Assembly (NCBI GenBank): GCA_030746775.1
Contig: JASLLZ010000003.1
Span: 7,435 to 71,434 of the forward strand
Reading direction: 5' to 3'
DNA length: 64,000 bases
Source of the DNA: Rhodospirillales bacterium
Lineage (GTDB): Bacteria; Pseudomonadota; Alphaproteobacteria; Rhodospirillales; JASLLZ01
Every line of letters begins with the position of its first letter. Within the stretch, counting starts at the first letter, position 1. The notes beneath the pieces are model-generated. The model saw only the letters and a list, made by a program, of their open reading frames with translations. It ran no database searches and had not been told where the DNA came from. This document shows, piece after piece, positions 50,083 through 59,586 of this stretch. Both the position numbers and the translations under genes were made by a program.

Positions 50083-50379
50083 TTCAAGTCTATCCCCAGC
50101 CTGCCCACATACAATTCAAGGGCGTTTATGCCCGGTCCGGCACCGTTTCACAAGGGCCGCCCGAAGGCCGCCCGATAATCCCATAACGCTGTTCCGCCCG
50201 GCACGGCGCCAAGGGAGCCCGGTCGGAATTTCTCGGTCGAAATTTCAAGGATGGTGTCAGACGAACCGCCCCGAACACAGTGCACAATAGTCAATCTGGG
50301 CGCATGTGAACCTAGACGGCCGTTCCGCTCAATGACTTACGTCAAATTCAGGCGTCAAACCGCCAACGCGGCCGGGATA

Positions 50380-50949
50380 CTATAAGTCGGAGTCGGTGAC
50401 AACATTGCGGCGTCGGTCCTCATGGCCGCTGAACAGGTGCCTGATATCGCGAATCGCATTCTCCAAGGCGGTCAGCTTCTTCAGCGCCTCCGCCTCGGGG
50501 TCCAACTCCTCAAGCTGATCCAGATAGGTCCTGAGACCCTCGGCGTGGGTGGCGAAAAGGATCAGGTAATCGTGGACGCTGCGCGGCCGGTGCATGTAGG
50601 CGCGGTGAACGTTGCGCAGGTTGTTGACGAGGATCAGGATAAGCGCCCGCAAAAACGGATCGTGACTGGTCAGCTTCGATTCCAGGACGTCCTTGGGAAT
50701 CTTGACGATGACGCTGTCCTCGAGCGTCACCGCTTCGGCCATCCGCGGACTGCCGTCGATGATGGCCATCTCGCCGAAAAGTTCGCCGTCTTTCAGCATG
50801 GCGAGCTGGATTCGGCCGTCCTCTATCTCCTTGAAGATGCCGACCGACCCCGAGTGGACGATGTAGGCGGCATCACCCGCGTCGCCCTCTGTGAACAAGA
50901 CAGTGCCTTGCTTGTAGCGTTCCTTCGTCAGCTCATCGGGTGGCAGCAT
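50380..50949 (-). CDS. stand-alone cyclic-nucleotide-binding domain protein
   Basis: LFTEGD.GD.AYIV.SG.V.I......G......L..GELFGEMAIIDG.PR.A.AV is the cNMP-binding beta-barrel pattern. No HTH is recognisable in the C-terminal 70 aa or so. Confidence 0.8.
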   Translation of the reverse strand: MLPPDELTKERYKQGTVLFTEGDAGDAAYIVHSGSVGIFKEIEDGRIQLAMLKDGELFGEMAIIDGSPRMAEAVTLEDSVIVKIPKDVLESKLTSHDPFLRALILILVNNLRNVHRAYMHRPRSVHDYLILFATHAEGLRTYLDQLEELDPEAEALKKLTALENAIRDIRHLFSGHEDRRRNVVTDSDL

Positions 50950-51070
50950 GATCGTAACCCATCAATTTCAATGACCAACCATCGTCGCCATGCTAGCAGT
51001 CTCTCCGCACCCTGTCGTGGACGACCGTCACACCCCTTTATCCAACGGCCAGCCCCCTTTTTCCCCACCA

Positions 51071-51955
51071 TCAACCGCCTTTGTCGGGTAGACGCAAGAC
51101 GGCTTCGCGGCGGACAATGTATGCCGAAGCCAAGGCGATGATGGCGCCGCCGGCCAGGGTCCACGCGTCGGGGATTTCGGCAAAGAGGACGAGCCCGAAG
51201 ACGGCGGCAAGGGGGAGGCGGAGGAAATCGACCGGTGCGACGAGAGTCACATCGGCAAGGGCAATGGCGCGCGCCAGGCATATCTGGCCAAGGAAGGCCA
51301 TCACACCGATGATGACCAGCCAAATTCCCTGACCAAGGCTCGGGGTTTGCCAATAGTAGAGGCCGGGACCCAGACTGACGAGACTGCCCACCAAGGTGAA
51401 ATAGAACAAGATCTGATGGGGCGATTCGGTGCTTGTCAGCTTCTTGACCATCATCATCGACAGACTGGCGCAGACGGCGCTGGCCAGGGCCACCAACATG
51501 GCCGAGTCGATCTGTCCGGCGGGCCGAACGATGCAAAGGACACCCACGAAGCCGACCACCGTCGCCGTCCAGCGGCGGATGCGCACGGCCTCGCCGAGAA
51601 AGATCACCGAAACGAGGATCGACCATAGCGGGTTGGTATAGGCAAGCGCTATGGCATCGGCCAAGGTAAGCCGGCTCACCGCATAGGCCAAGCAGGCAAA
51701 CGATGACAAGGCCATTAGGGCCCTGAAGGCATGGGTCCCAAGGCGCCTCGTTCGGATTTCGCGCGCCTCGGCGCGTACAAGCCAGGGCACCAGGATCAAC
51801 AAGACCACCCATTGTCGAAACAGGACCACCACCGCCAAGGACACCTGCGACGTGACGTCCTTGATGATCAGGCCCATGACGGTGAACGCCGCGACGCTGG
51901 CCAACATCCACACGATGCCGCGCGGATTGTCGGGTGCCGGGCCAGGTTTAACCAT
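51071..51955 (-). CDS. DMT-superfamily (EamA-like) transporter
   Basis: 294 aa with about 10 TM segments and two EamA-like halves. Paralogous to 55773-56651. Confidence 0.85.
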   Translation of the reverse strand: MVKPGPAPDNPRGIVWMLASVAAFTVMGLIIKDVTSQVSLAVVVLFRQWVVLLILVPWLVRAEAREIRTRRLGTHAFRALMALSSFACLAYAVSRLTLADAIALAYTNPLWSILVSVIFLGEAVRIRRWTATVVGFVGVLCIVRPAGQIDSAMLVALASAVCASLSMMMVKKLTSTESPHQILFYFTLVGSLVSLGPGLYYWQTPSLGQGIWLVIIGVMAFLGQICLARAIALADVTLVAPVDFLRLPLAAVFGLVLFAEIPDAWTLAGGAIIALASAYIVRREAVLRLPDKGG

Positions 51956-51981
51956 CCCGGAGCGATGATCGGGTTTGTGCG

Positions 51982-54012
51982 CTATCGTGTCGCCTGGCCC
52001 GGCAACGGGGCGTCGCCGAAGGCTGCCTCCATGGCGGCGGAGAGCCGCGCCCGCGCCGCGACCGGATCGGCGAGAAGTTCACTCAGGGATTTGCCGCCCG
52101 GCGGCGACAACTCGGGCACCGTCTGCTCGAAGATCCAGCGGCGCTTGGCGTAGCGGGTCGAACGCGGCAAGGCCATGAGGCGCCGGTTGAGCGCACACAT
52201 GGTGGCGTCGTCGAACACGGTTTCCCAGGCTTCTCGTTCCGGTCCGAAGTCGAAGTCCATGCCGAGATTACGCCCCATTCGCGCGGCCCGCAGCTTGGCG
52301 GTCGCCGTCTCGTCCACCTTGCCGGTCCCGCTCAGCACCACGCCGTAATCCCGTGTCGCGGCTTGGCGGCTGACGAAGCCCTGGCGCACGTCGCGGCGGA
52401 CAATGTCCGGATCGCGCTCGAAGGGATCGCCGTAGCCGGAGGCGCCTGGCATCAGCACGGTCACCACGTCACCCCTGTTGACGGCGAACTGGTCGATTTT
52501 CCGGACCAAGCGCCCGTCGGGCCGCTCGCGGTTGAGAAACATCTGGAAAGGCAGCGCCGGCCCACCGCCCATCACCCCCCAGGCGGGAAAGCGCATCCGT
52601 TCCATGCCCCGGGGCACCACGATGCCGCCGTCGCGCAGGATTTCCACGGCGAAGGTCTGCCCGACGCCGCCCCGCCAACGGCCAGGGCCGCCGGAATCGG
52701 CTCGGATGTCGTATTCCCGGACCACGATTCCGCACTGGGCCTCGATCGACTCGATGGAATGGTTGGCCATGTTGGACATCGTCGAATCGCGCGCGTCGAC
52801 GCCGTCGTGACCCTTGTAGGCGCCCATCCCCCCGCCCAACGGCTCGAGCACGTTGACCATCTTGCGGGTGCCGGTCTCCTCGTACTCGCTGAGGACGAAG
52901 ATGAGCCCGGTGCCCGGCGTCGGCGCCGCCATCTGTCCGGGAGCCGCCTTGAGGAGAACGCCCGTCATGGCGTCGTTGAAGCGCCGCGCCGGATTGGAGC
53001 GTAGGCCGACGGCGGCCGGAAATTCCGCGTTCAGCACCGTGCCCACCGGGTTGGTCACGGTAATCGGCCGGTACATGCCCGCGTTCAGCACGATGGTCTT
53101 GTCGTGGGTGCACATGAAAGACGTGAAGCGCATGGTGAACCACTCGTGGAAGCGACCGAACGTGGCCGTGTTGTAAGCCGCCGCCACCTCCGGGTCGGTC
53201 CCCGTCAGGTCGACGTGAACCGAGCCACCATCGACGGTCATTTTGATCCGCAGGCGCACCGGAATGGGGCTCACCAGGTCGTCGTCCAGGTAGTCCCAAA
53301 ACTCGTAAACGCCGTCGGCCAGGCGGCGCAGCACCGCCCGAGCCTTGGCCTCGCTGTAGGCTGGGAGCTCGTCTTGGCAGAGGAGGAAAGTCTCCAGGCC
53401 GTGGCGCTCTATCATATCCCGGGTCCGCTGACGGCCCCTGTGCAGGCCCGCCAGCATGGCGCGGATGTCGCCCATGTTCTCTTCGGGAATACGGCAATTT
53501 GCCTTAAGGATGGTCACGAAGTCCTGGTTCCACTCTCCCTTGTTCATCAGCTTCATGGGCGGAATGCGAAGACCCTCTTGGTAGATCTCGTCGAGAGACG
53601 GCGCGATCGAGGACGGCACGGCGCCGCCGACGTCGGTGGAATGGATGAAGCACCATCCGTAGGCGACGATCTCGCCACGGTGAAAGTAGGGTTCGATCAG
53701 GGTGATGTCGGGGGTGTGGCTGACCATTCCTTCGGTGGAATAGGGATCGTTGGTGACGATGACGTCGCCGGGCTCCAGATCGGGAACGGCCGCGATCGCC
53801 GCGCTGGCGTCGAGGTTGATGAGGATGGTCACTCCCATGGCCCGCGGGTGGGCAATGACACGGCCGTCCAGGTCCAAAAGCGCGCAGGCGTAGTCCGCCG
53901 CCTCCTTGACGAACAACGTACGCGCCGTTCGCTGCAAGGCCGAGGCCATCTCTTCGGTGGCGGCGACGAACTTGTTAGCCAGAATCTCCAGCAGGACCGG
54001 GTCCATTTTCAT
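51982..54012 (-). CDS. hydantoinase B/oxoprolinase family protein
   Basis: MKMDPVLLEILANKF....EEM...L.RTA......E..D..CAL.D..G is the HyuB N-terminal pattern. 676 aa from ATG 54012. Confidence 0.86.
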   Translation of the reverse strand: MKMDPVLLEILANKFVAATEEMASALQRTARTLFVKEAADYACALLDLDGRVIAHPRAMGVTILINLDASAAIAAVPDLEPGDVIVTNDPYSTEGMVSHTPDITLIEPYFHRGEIVAYGWCFIHSTDVGGAVPSSIAPSLDEIYQEGLRIPPMKLMNKGEWNQDFVTILKANCRIPEENMGDIRAMLAGLHRGRQRTRDMIERHGLETFLLCQDELPAYSEAKARAVLRRLADGVYEFWDYLDDDLVSPIPVRLRIKMTVDGGSVHVDLTGTDPEVAAAYNTATFGRFHEWFTMRFTSFMCTHDKTIVLNAGMYRPITVTNPVGTVLNAEFPAAVGLRSNPARRFNDAMTGVLLKAAPGQMAAPTPGTGLIFVLSEYEETGTRKMVNVLEPLGGGMGAYKGHDGVDARDSTMSNMANHSIESIEAQCGIVVREYDIRADSGGPGRWRGGVGQTFAVEILRDGGIVVPRGMERMRFPAWGVMGGGPALPFQMFLNRERPDGRLVRKIDQFAVNRGDVVTVLMPGASGYGDPFERDPDIVRRDVRQGFVSRQAATRDYGVVLSGTGKVDETATAKLRAARMGRNLGMDFDFGPEREAWETVFDDATMCALNRRLMALPRSTRYAKRRWIFEQTVPELSPPGGKSLSELLADPVAARARLSAAMEAAFGDAPLPGQATR

Positions 54013-54095
54013 CTTTCCCACCTTACCCCGGCACGACGGAAAAAAATCGGGCGGCCCCGACAAGAGGCCGCCCGCCGAAGTGACTTTCGCTTTCC

Positions 54096-55664
54096 TTACT
54101 TGGCCTTGGACGTGGACATGGCCAAGGTGTTTTCGTCCTTGCGCGACTCATAGACCAGACCCGGGCGGGACGCCCAGATGTTGACTTGCCAGTGAATCGG
54201 GATCGATGCCACATGCTTCATGGCGATCCGATAGGCATCCTGAATCAGGTTCAGGCGCTTATCTTGGTCCAATTCAAACAAGGCGGCGTCGGTCAAGTCG
54301 TCGACCCGTCGGTTGGCGTAGAGGCCGCGGTTGATGCGGCCCAGACCGCGGGCCGGCTGCAGGCTGTGGATAAGGCCGTTGAGCCCGGCCGAGGCGTCGC
54401 CGGTGTCGGAGCCGTAACCCAGCAGCATCAAGCTGTACAGGCCTTTTCTGCAGCGCGTGAAATAGACGCTCTTGGGCATGGTCTCGACCTCGCTCTTGAT
54501 GCCGACCCGGGTCAGCATCTGGGCAAGGGCGGCGACGATCTTGGCGTCATTCACGTAGCGGTCGTTGGGGCCGTGAAGCTTGACCCGAAATCCGTCCGGA
54601 AAGCCGGCCTGGGCCAAAAGCTTCTTGGCGCCCTCGGGGTCGAAGGGTTCGGGCTTGAGATCGTCGGTGTAACCGTGCATGCCGGGCGCCACCGTCTGGC
54701 CCGCCGGGATGCCCTGTCCTTCCAGAACCCGATCGACGATGGCGTTGCGGTTGATGGCCTTGGAGATGGCTTTACGCACCCTGTAGTCCATGAGGGGATT
54801 GGGCCAAATGGGCTTGCCGTCATTGTCCCACACCATGGGCGTGGCGTCGCGCGATACGTCGGGCACGAGTTGGATGATGCGGTTGGACGACCCGCTGTGA
54901 ATGACCACTTTCTTATTCTTCTCAAGTGACCGAACGTCCTCGGGCGGCACGAAGTCGATCAAGTCCACGGCGCCGGACAGAAGCGCAGCCACCCGCGAAG
55001 GTCCGGAGACGATTTTCTTGTAGACGACATTGTCCCACTTGGGCTTTTTCCCCCAGTAGTTGGGATTGGCGGTCAAGACCACTTCATCGCCCGAAACCCA
55101 TTTCACGAACTTGTAGGGACCGGTGCCGATAGTCGCCTTGCCGTTGTTGTACTGCTCGGTGGTAGCGCCCTTGCCGTGCTTGAGCGAGATGATGTGGGGA
55201 ACCGAAAGGTCGTTCGCCATCGTCGGGTAAGGACCCTCGGTCTTGATGTGGAGCGTGTGGTCGTCGACCTTGACGAACTCTTTTTGCAGGAAATACCGCC
55301 CCGGCGTCGAAGAGGAGCCCGGGACGTTGGGCGACCGCTCGACCGTGAACAGCACGTCGTCAGCGGTGAACGGCGAGCCGTCGTGCCACTTCACATCCTT
55401 GGCAAGCTTGATTTCCCATGTATTCTTCTCAACCGGCTTCCACGAGACGGCAAGATTGGGTTGAAGCTGCTCGTTATGGTCCCGTTTGACGAGCTTGTCG
55501 AAGATATGGCTCGCGATCTGCAGATTCGGTGGGCTGTTGAAGAAGTGCGGATCGATGGAACTGGTCTCGACCCGCACACCGAAGGTCAGGTCGTCGGCAA
55601 CCGCGTTCGCGGCCATGCCGGCCACCGCCATGACGCCGACGGCAATCGAAATTGACGTTCTCAT
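54096..55664 (-). CDS. ABC transporter substrate-binding protein (family 5, peptide/nickel-type)
   Basis: Signal peptide MRTSISIAVGVMAVAGMAANAVA, with NPNYWGKKPKWDNVVYK and overall family 5 SBP length. Confidence 0.86.
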   Translation of the reverse strand: MRTSISIAVGVMAVAGMAANAVADDLTFGVRVETSSIDPHFFNSPPNLQIASHIFDKLVKRDHNEQLQPNLAVSWKPVEKNTWEIKLAKDVKWHDGSPFTADDVLFTVERSPNVPGSSSTPGRYFLQKEFVKVDDHTLHIKTEGPYPTMANDLSVPHIISLKHGKGATTEQYNNGKATIGTGPYKFVKWVSGDEVVLTANPNYWGKKPKWDNVVYKKIVSGPSRVAALLSGAVDLIDFVPPEDVRSLEKNKKVVIHSGSSNRIIQLVPDVSRDATPMVWDNDGKPIWPNPLMDYRVRKAISKAINRNAIVDRVLEGQGIPAGQTVAPGMHGYTDDLKPEPFDPEGAKKLLAQAGFPDGFRVKLHGPNDRYVNDAKIVAALAQMLTRVGIKSEVETMPKSVYFTRCRKGLYSLMLLGYGSDTGDASAGLNGLIHSLQPARGLGRINRGLYANRRVDDLTDAALFELDQDKRLNLIQDAYRIAMKHVASIPIHWQVNIWASRPGLVYESRKDENTLAMSTSKAK

Positions 55665-55772
55665 GTCGTGTACCTCCCTCGTGTTGGGCATTATTGATTT
55701 TAATTCGCACCGGCAATCGGCCCGGCGCCGCCGAGTACGCTTTCGTCTCGGTGAATGACCGAGGCCTTCAGC

Positions 55773-56651
55773 CTACAAGCGTTCAGACGATATGGCAATA
55801 ACGCCGGCCTGCGCCTCGCGCCGCGCAATGTAGGCCGAGGAGATGGCGATGATCGCCATCCCCGCCACCGTCCAGACGTCCGGCACCTCGGCGAAGAGAA
55901 CCATGCCAAGGAGCGCCGCCAAGGGCATGCGCAGGAAATCCATCGGCCCGACGACGGTGACGTCACCATGGCTGAAGGCCTTGGAAATGCAAAATTGGCC
56001 GATGAAAGCGAAGCCTCCCATGGCTCCCATCCAGGCCGCCTGAACAAGGTCGGGTGTGCGCCAGAAATAGAGGCAGGGGCCAACTGTGAGGATGGTCCCG
56101 ATAAGGGAAAAATGGACGATGATCTGTCCCACCGAATCCGTCTCGGTCAGTTTCTTGAGAGTGATTTTTGACAGACTGCCGAAGAAGGCGCTGGAAATCG
56201 CCGCCAACATCGCCCATTCGAAATGCCCCTCGGGCCTGACAATGCACAACACGCCGATAAAACCGATCACGGTTGCCGTCCAGCGGCGCACGCGGACGGT
56301 CTCGCCAAGCAGAAATACCGACCCGACAATGGACCACAGCGGCGTCGAAGACGAGAGCGCGATGGCATCCGCCAGGATCAACCGATCAAGGGCGAAGGCG
56401 AGACCGCAAAATGCAATGACGGAGAACAGGGCCCGCAATAGGTGGGTGCCCGGACGGCGGGTGCGGAATGGCCCCGGCCCCATGCGAACGAACCACGGCA
56501 AGGAGATAAGGAGGACCAGCGCCTGACGGAAAAAAACGATCATCGCGAGCGGCACCCCAAGGGCGCCCAGGTGCTTGATGACCAAACCCATGCAGGTCAT
56601 GAAGATGACGGATCCCAGGGCCCACAACACGCCGCGAAAGTTGCCCGTCAT
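55773..56651 (-). CDS. DMT-superfamily (EamA-like) transporter, paralogue of 51071-51955
   Basis: RRWTATVIGFIGVLCIVRPEG versus RRWTATVVGFVGVLCIVRPAG, and LADAIALSSSTPLWSIV versus LADAIALAYTNPLWSIL. The start is at MTGNFRG (56651); the ORF could extend to 56738. Confidence 0.85.
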   Translation of the reverse strand: MTGNFRGVLWALGSVIFMTCMGLVIKHLGALGVPLAMIVFFRQALVLLISLPWFVRMGPGPFRTRRPGTHLLRALFSVIAFCGLAFALDRLILADAIALSSSTPLWSIVGSVFLLGETVRVRRWTATVIGFIGVLCIVRPEGHFEWAMLAAISSAFFGSLSKITLKKLTETDSVGQIIVHFSLIGTILTVGPCLYFWRTPDLVQAAWMGAMGGFAFIGQFCISKAFSHGDVTVVGPMDFLRMPLAALLGMVLFAEVPDVWTVAGMAIIAISSAYIARREAQAGVIAISSERL

Positions 56652-56725
56652 TGAGTTCAGCCGCTCCCCGTCCCCACACCCGACTACTTTCGCAGACCGC
56701 GGCGGGTTCGTATAGTCCGGGCCCC

Positions 56726-57532
56726 ATGGCATTCTCACGCCTCATCGTTTTGGCCATCGTCGCGGCGCTCCTGCGCCCGCTCCCGGCGGCCGGCGACGCC
56801 CCGATCCACCTGCGCTACGAAGCCTATTGGGGCGGCCTTCACGCCGCTGACTTCGTGCTCAGCATGGGACAACGAGAGAACGCCTACGACGACCGCTTTC
56901 ACCTGCGCACCCGCGGCTTGGTCGACCTGTTCATCAACCTTGACGTGAACGCCGAAAGCCGTGGCCGGGCGCCATCGGCGGCGGCCTTGATACCGCGCCA
57001 CTACCGGGTCGATTACGCCAACCGCTGGCGTCAACGCGCGCTGACCATTCGTTTCGATCGCGACAGCGGCGAGGCCACCGCCACCTTGTTAACTTTCAAG
57101 GATGACGATCCCGCCGACGACGGCTCGAACGAGCCCCTGGCGGCTGAGATGCGCACCAACGTGTTTGATCCATTGGTCAGCCTGAGCGAGGCGATCAGGC
57201 GCCTGCGCGGCCATCTGGCGGGCGGCCCCGGGAACTTTCGCCTGGCGGTCTTCGATGGCCGGCGCCGGTTCGACGTGGCCGGCGCCTATCTGGGGGTGCT
57301 CAGACGCGAGATCCTGCGTCGCCAGCACGACGTCCACCGGTTGCGCCTAACCACCATTCCCATCGCCGGGTTCAAGTCACGGCACCGGGTCCTGTGGGAC
57401 GGTTCCGCCTTCGATCTGTATCTCAGCCGCGACGGGCGATTGGTGCCTTTACAGATCGTTTCCTTGGGGCTGGGACCGGTCATCAACCTGGTCGAGGAAT
57501 GCCCCCGTTCGTGTTCCCTGCCCGCCGACTAA
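56726..57532 (+). CDS. DUF3108-like secreted protein
   Basis: Signal-like MAFSRLIVLAIVAALLRPLPAAG, then L.YEAYWGGLHAADFVL. This is a family call from memory of the pattern. Confidence 0.65.
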   Translation: MAFSRLIVLAIVAALLRPLPAAGDAPIHLRYEAYWGGLHAADFVLSMGQRENAYDDRFHLRTRGLVDLFINLDVNAESRGRAPSAAALIPRHYRVDYANRWRQRALTIRFDRDSGEATATLLTFKDDDPADDGSNEPLAAEMRTNVFDPLVSLSEAIRRLRGHLAGGPGNFRLAVFDGRRRFDVAGAYLGVLRREILRRQHDVHRLRLTTIPIAGFKSRHRVLWDGSAFDLYLSRDGRLVPLQIVSLGLGPVINLVEECPRSCSLPAD

Positions 57533-57672
57533 AGCAAATCCCGAGCAAACGGAATCGTTTGCGACGACGCATTTGCGCAACATACATATTTTAGAACGTT
57601 TTCCGTCAGGGCGAGCGATCAGAACATGCTCCGACGTTCTGGATTGAACTCGATCGCCCCAAAGCGTGGCAT

Positions 57673-58041
57673 TCACGGGGCGGGCTCATCACCGCGGCTT
57701 GGCGCGCCGGCCGGGGTCGAATTGGCGTTCGCCGACGATCTGATCTCCGCTTCCACCTCCGTCATTTTGTTGGTTTGGCGGAACAGCCCAATGATCAACA
57801 AAAAGATGAAGGGAACCGAGAACAAGGTGGATACGATAACGATCGATGTCATGTTGTTGGCCCCCCACAGCCTGGGGATAATGCCCGCGGTCTCAAGCGC
57901 CTGCTCGCCCAGGAAAATTAGCAAGAGGCCGCAACCCCACACCAACACGCTGCCGATGCAGACCAAGATCAAGGTCCACGTGAGCCGCGCCACCTTGATC
58001 TGCTGATCGGCCTCTGTACTGTCCCGATGCCTATCCGCCAT
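57673..58041 (-). CDS. hypothetical small membrane protein (3 predicted TM segments)
   Basis: 122-aa ORF with three hydrophobic stretches. GC is locally lower than in its neighbours. No motif recognised. Confidence 0.5.
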   Translation of the reverse strand: MADRHRDSTEADQQIKVARLTWTLILVCIGSVLVWGCGLLLIFLGEQALETAGIIPRLWGANNMTSIVIVSTLFSVPFIFLLIIGLFRQTNKMTEVEAEIRSSANANSTPAGAPSRGDEPAP

Positions 58042-58089
58042 TCCGACAACTTATCGCGCTCGCTCGGTTATCGGAAGGGGGGAGTTTCC

Positions 58090-59442
58090 TCAGGCCAAGG
58101 GGACGGCGGCCCTCTTCAGGGCCCGCGCCTGGCGCCGGGCCAGCTTGTCCTCGTCGTACCCCTCGATCAGGTCGTGGAACAGCCGGCACCAGTTAATTTT
58201 CGCCTTCAGGTGCAAGAACACCGAGCCCAGCCCAATGGCGGCGCGGTCCATGAGGACAAACTCGCGCGGCGGGGTAACGCCTCCCAGGCGGCGCAGTTCC
58301 CGGTGCACCTTGGCGGCGATCTTGGCGCCGTAATGCGATCCGTCGGTCTCCTGAATGGACTGGACGCGATCTTCCATGAGGGGCGCGTAGACGAAGCGCG
58401 CCCATAGATTGAGGACATCGATCACCTGGCGGTCGAGTCCCGTGAAACCCCAGATCTCGTACGCGTGCACCGCCAACTCCTCATCGCTATCGCGCAGCGC
58501 CCGATAGAGCTCGATGACCCCGGTCACGAAGCTCGGCTTGAAGACGCGGATGCAGCCGAAATCCATCAGATTGACCGAACGGTTCGGCCGCACCGAGTAG
58601 TTTCCCAGATGCGGATCGCCGTGAATCACGCCGTAGCCGTAGAAAGGCGCGTACCAGGCACGGAACATGTTGACGGCAACGGCGTTGCGGTCGGCTTCGT
58701 CTTGATCGACGAATTCCATCAGCGGCTGACCCTTGAGCCAGGTCATGGTGAGCAAGCGGTCGGTCGACAGTTCGGTCACCGCCTCGGGCAGGTACACCCG
58801 CCTCTCATCTTTCAGAATACGCCTGTAGAGTGCCATGTTTGCGGCCTCGCGGCGGTAATCCAATTCTTCGCGCAGGCGTTGCGAAAGTTCGGCATGCACT
58901 TCCGTCGGATCAATGCTTCCGTCATAGCGGCGATAGACAGAGAACGCCATCTTGAGCTGTACGAGGTCCGCTTCGACCGCCGCGCCCATGTCGGGATATT
59001 GCAGCTTGCAGGCCAAGCGCCGGCCATCGAGGCCGATCGCCCGATGTACTTGGCCGAGGGACGCCGCCGCCGCCGCGTCGTGCTCAAAGCGGGAAAACCG
59101 GCTCTGCCAATCGGATCCCAGTTCGCTGTTCATGCGGCGCTTGACGAAGGCCCACCCCATGGGCGGCGCGTTGGTTTGCAGTTGCGCCAACTCGGTGATG
59201 TATTCGTCGGGCAGGGCATCGGGAACAGTGGCGGCGATCTGCGCCACCTTCATCAACGGCCCCTTGAGATTGCCCAGGGCCGCCTTCAATTGAACAGCGT
59301 GCTCGCCGCGATTCTGGTCCAAGCTGAGAGCCCGCCGGCCCGCGAATCGCGCGGCAAGACCGCCGACCGTGGTTCCGACACGGGCATAACGCCTGACCCG
59401 GCCACCCAGAGAGTTCTCCTCGGCTTTTTCTTTGCCAGCCAT
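58090..59442 (-). CDS. ABC1/AarF/UbiB-family atypical kinase
   Basis: KLGQ-like LMKVAQIAAT, ASLGQVHRA, and HGDPHLGN in the catalytic loop. Confidence 0.86.
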   Translation of the reverse strand: MAGKEKAEENSLGGRVRRYARVGTTVGGLAARFAGRRALSLDQNRGEHAVQLKAALGNLKGPLMKVAQIAATVPDALPDEYITELAQLQTNAPPMGWAFVKRRMNSELGSDWQSRFSRFEHDAAAAASLGQVHRAIGLDGRRLACKLQYPDMGAAVEADLVQLKMAFSVYRRYDGSIDPTEVHAELSQRLREELDYRREAANMALYRRILKDERRVYLPEAVTELSTDRLLTMTWLKGQPLMEFVDQDEADRNAVAVNMFRAWYAPFYGYGVIHGDPHLGNYSVRPNRSVNLMDFGCIRVFKPSFVTGVIELYRALRDSDEELAVHAYEIWGFTGLDRQVIDVLNLWARFVYAPLMEDRVQSIQETDGSHYGAKIAAKVHRELRRLGGVTPPREFVLMDRAAIGLGSVFLHLKAKINWCRLFHDLIEGYDEDKLARRQARALKRAAVPLA

Positions 59443-59586
59443 TGAGTTTGCCGCCTTGAAGCGAGGGGATTGTTAAAGAACGTCAGACGCGCAAACGGGG
59501 CCTCGCGCATACGAAGCCCACCTTTCGCGACCAAACGATCAGTCGCGTCTATTGATATTTAAGACGGCGCCGCCCGAGCGGCAAGA

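Noticed and set aside
57590-57650. LexA (SOS) box
   Set aside because: GAAC/GTTC tetramers are present, but not in the alphaproteobacterial GTTC-N7-GTTC direct-repeat arrangement.
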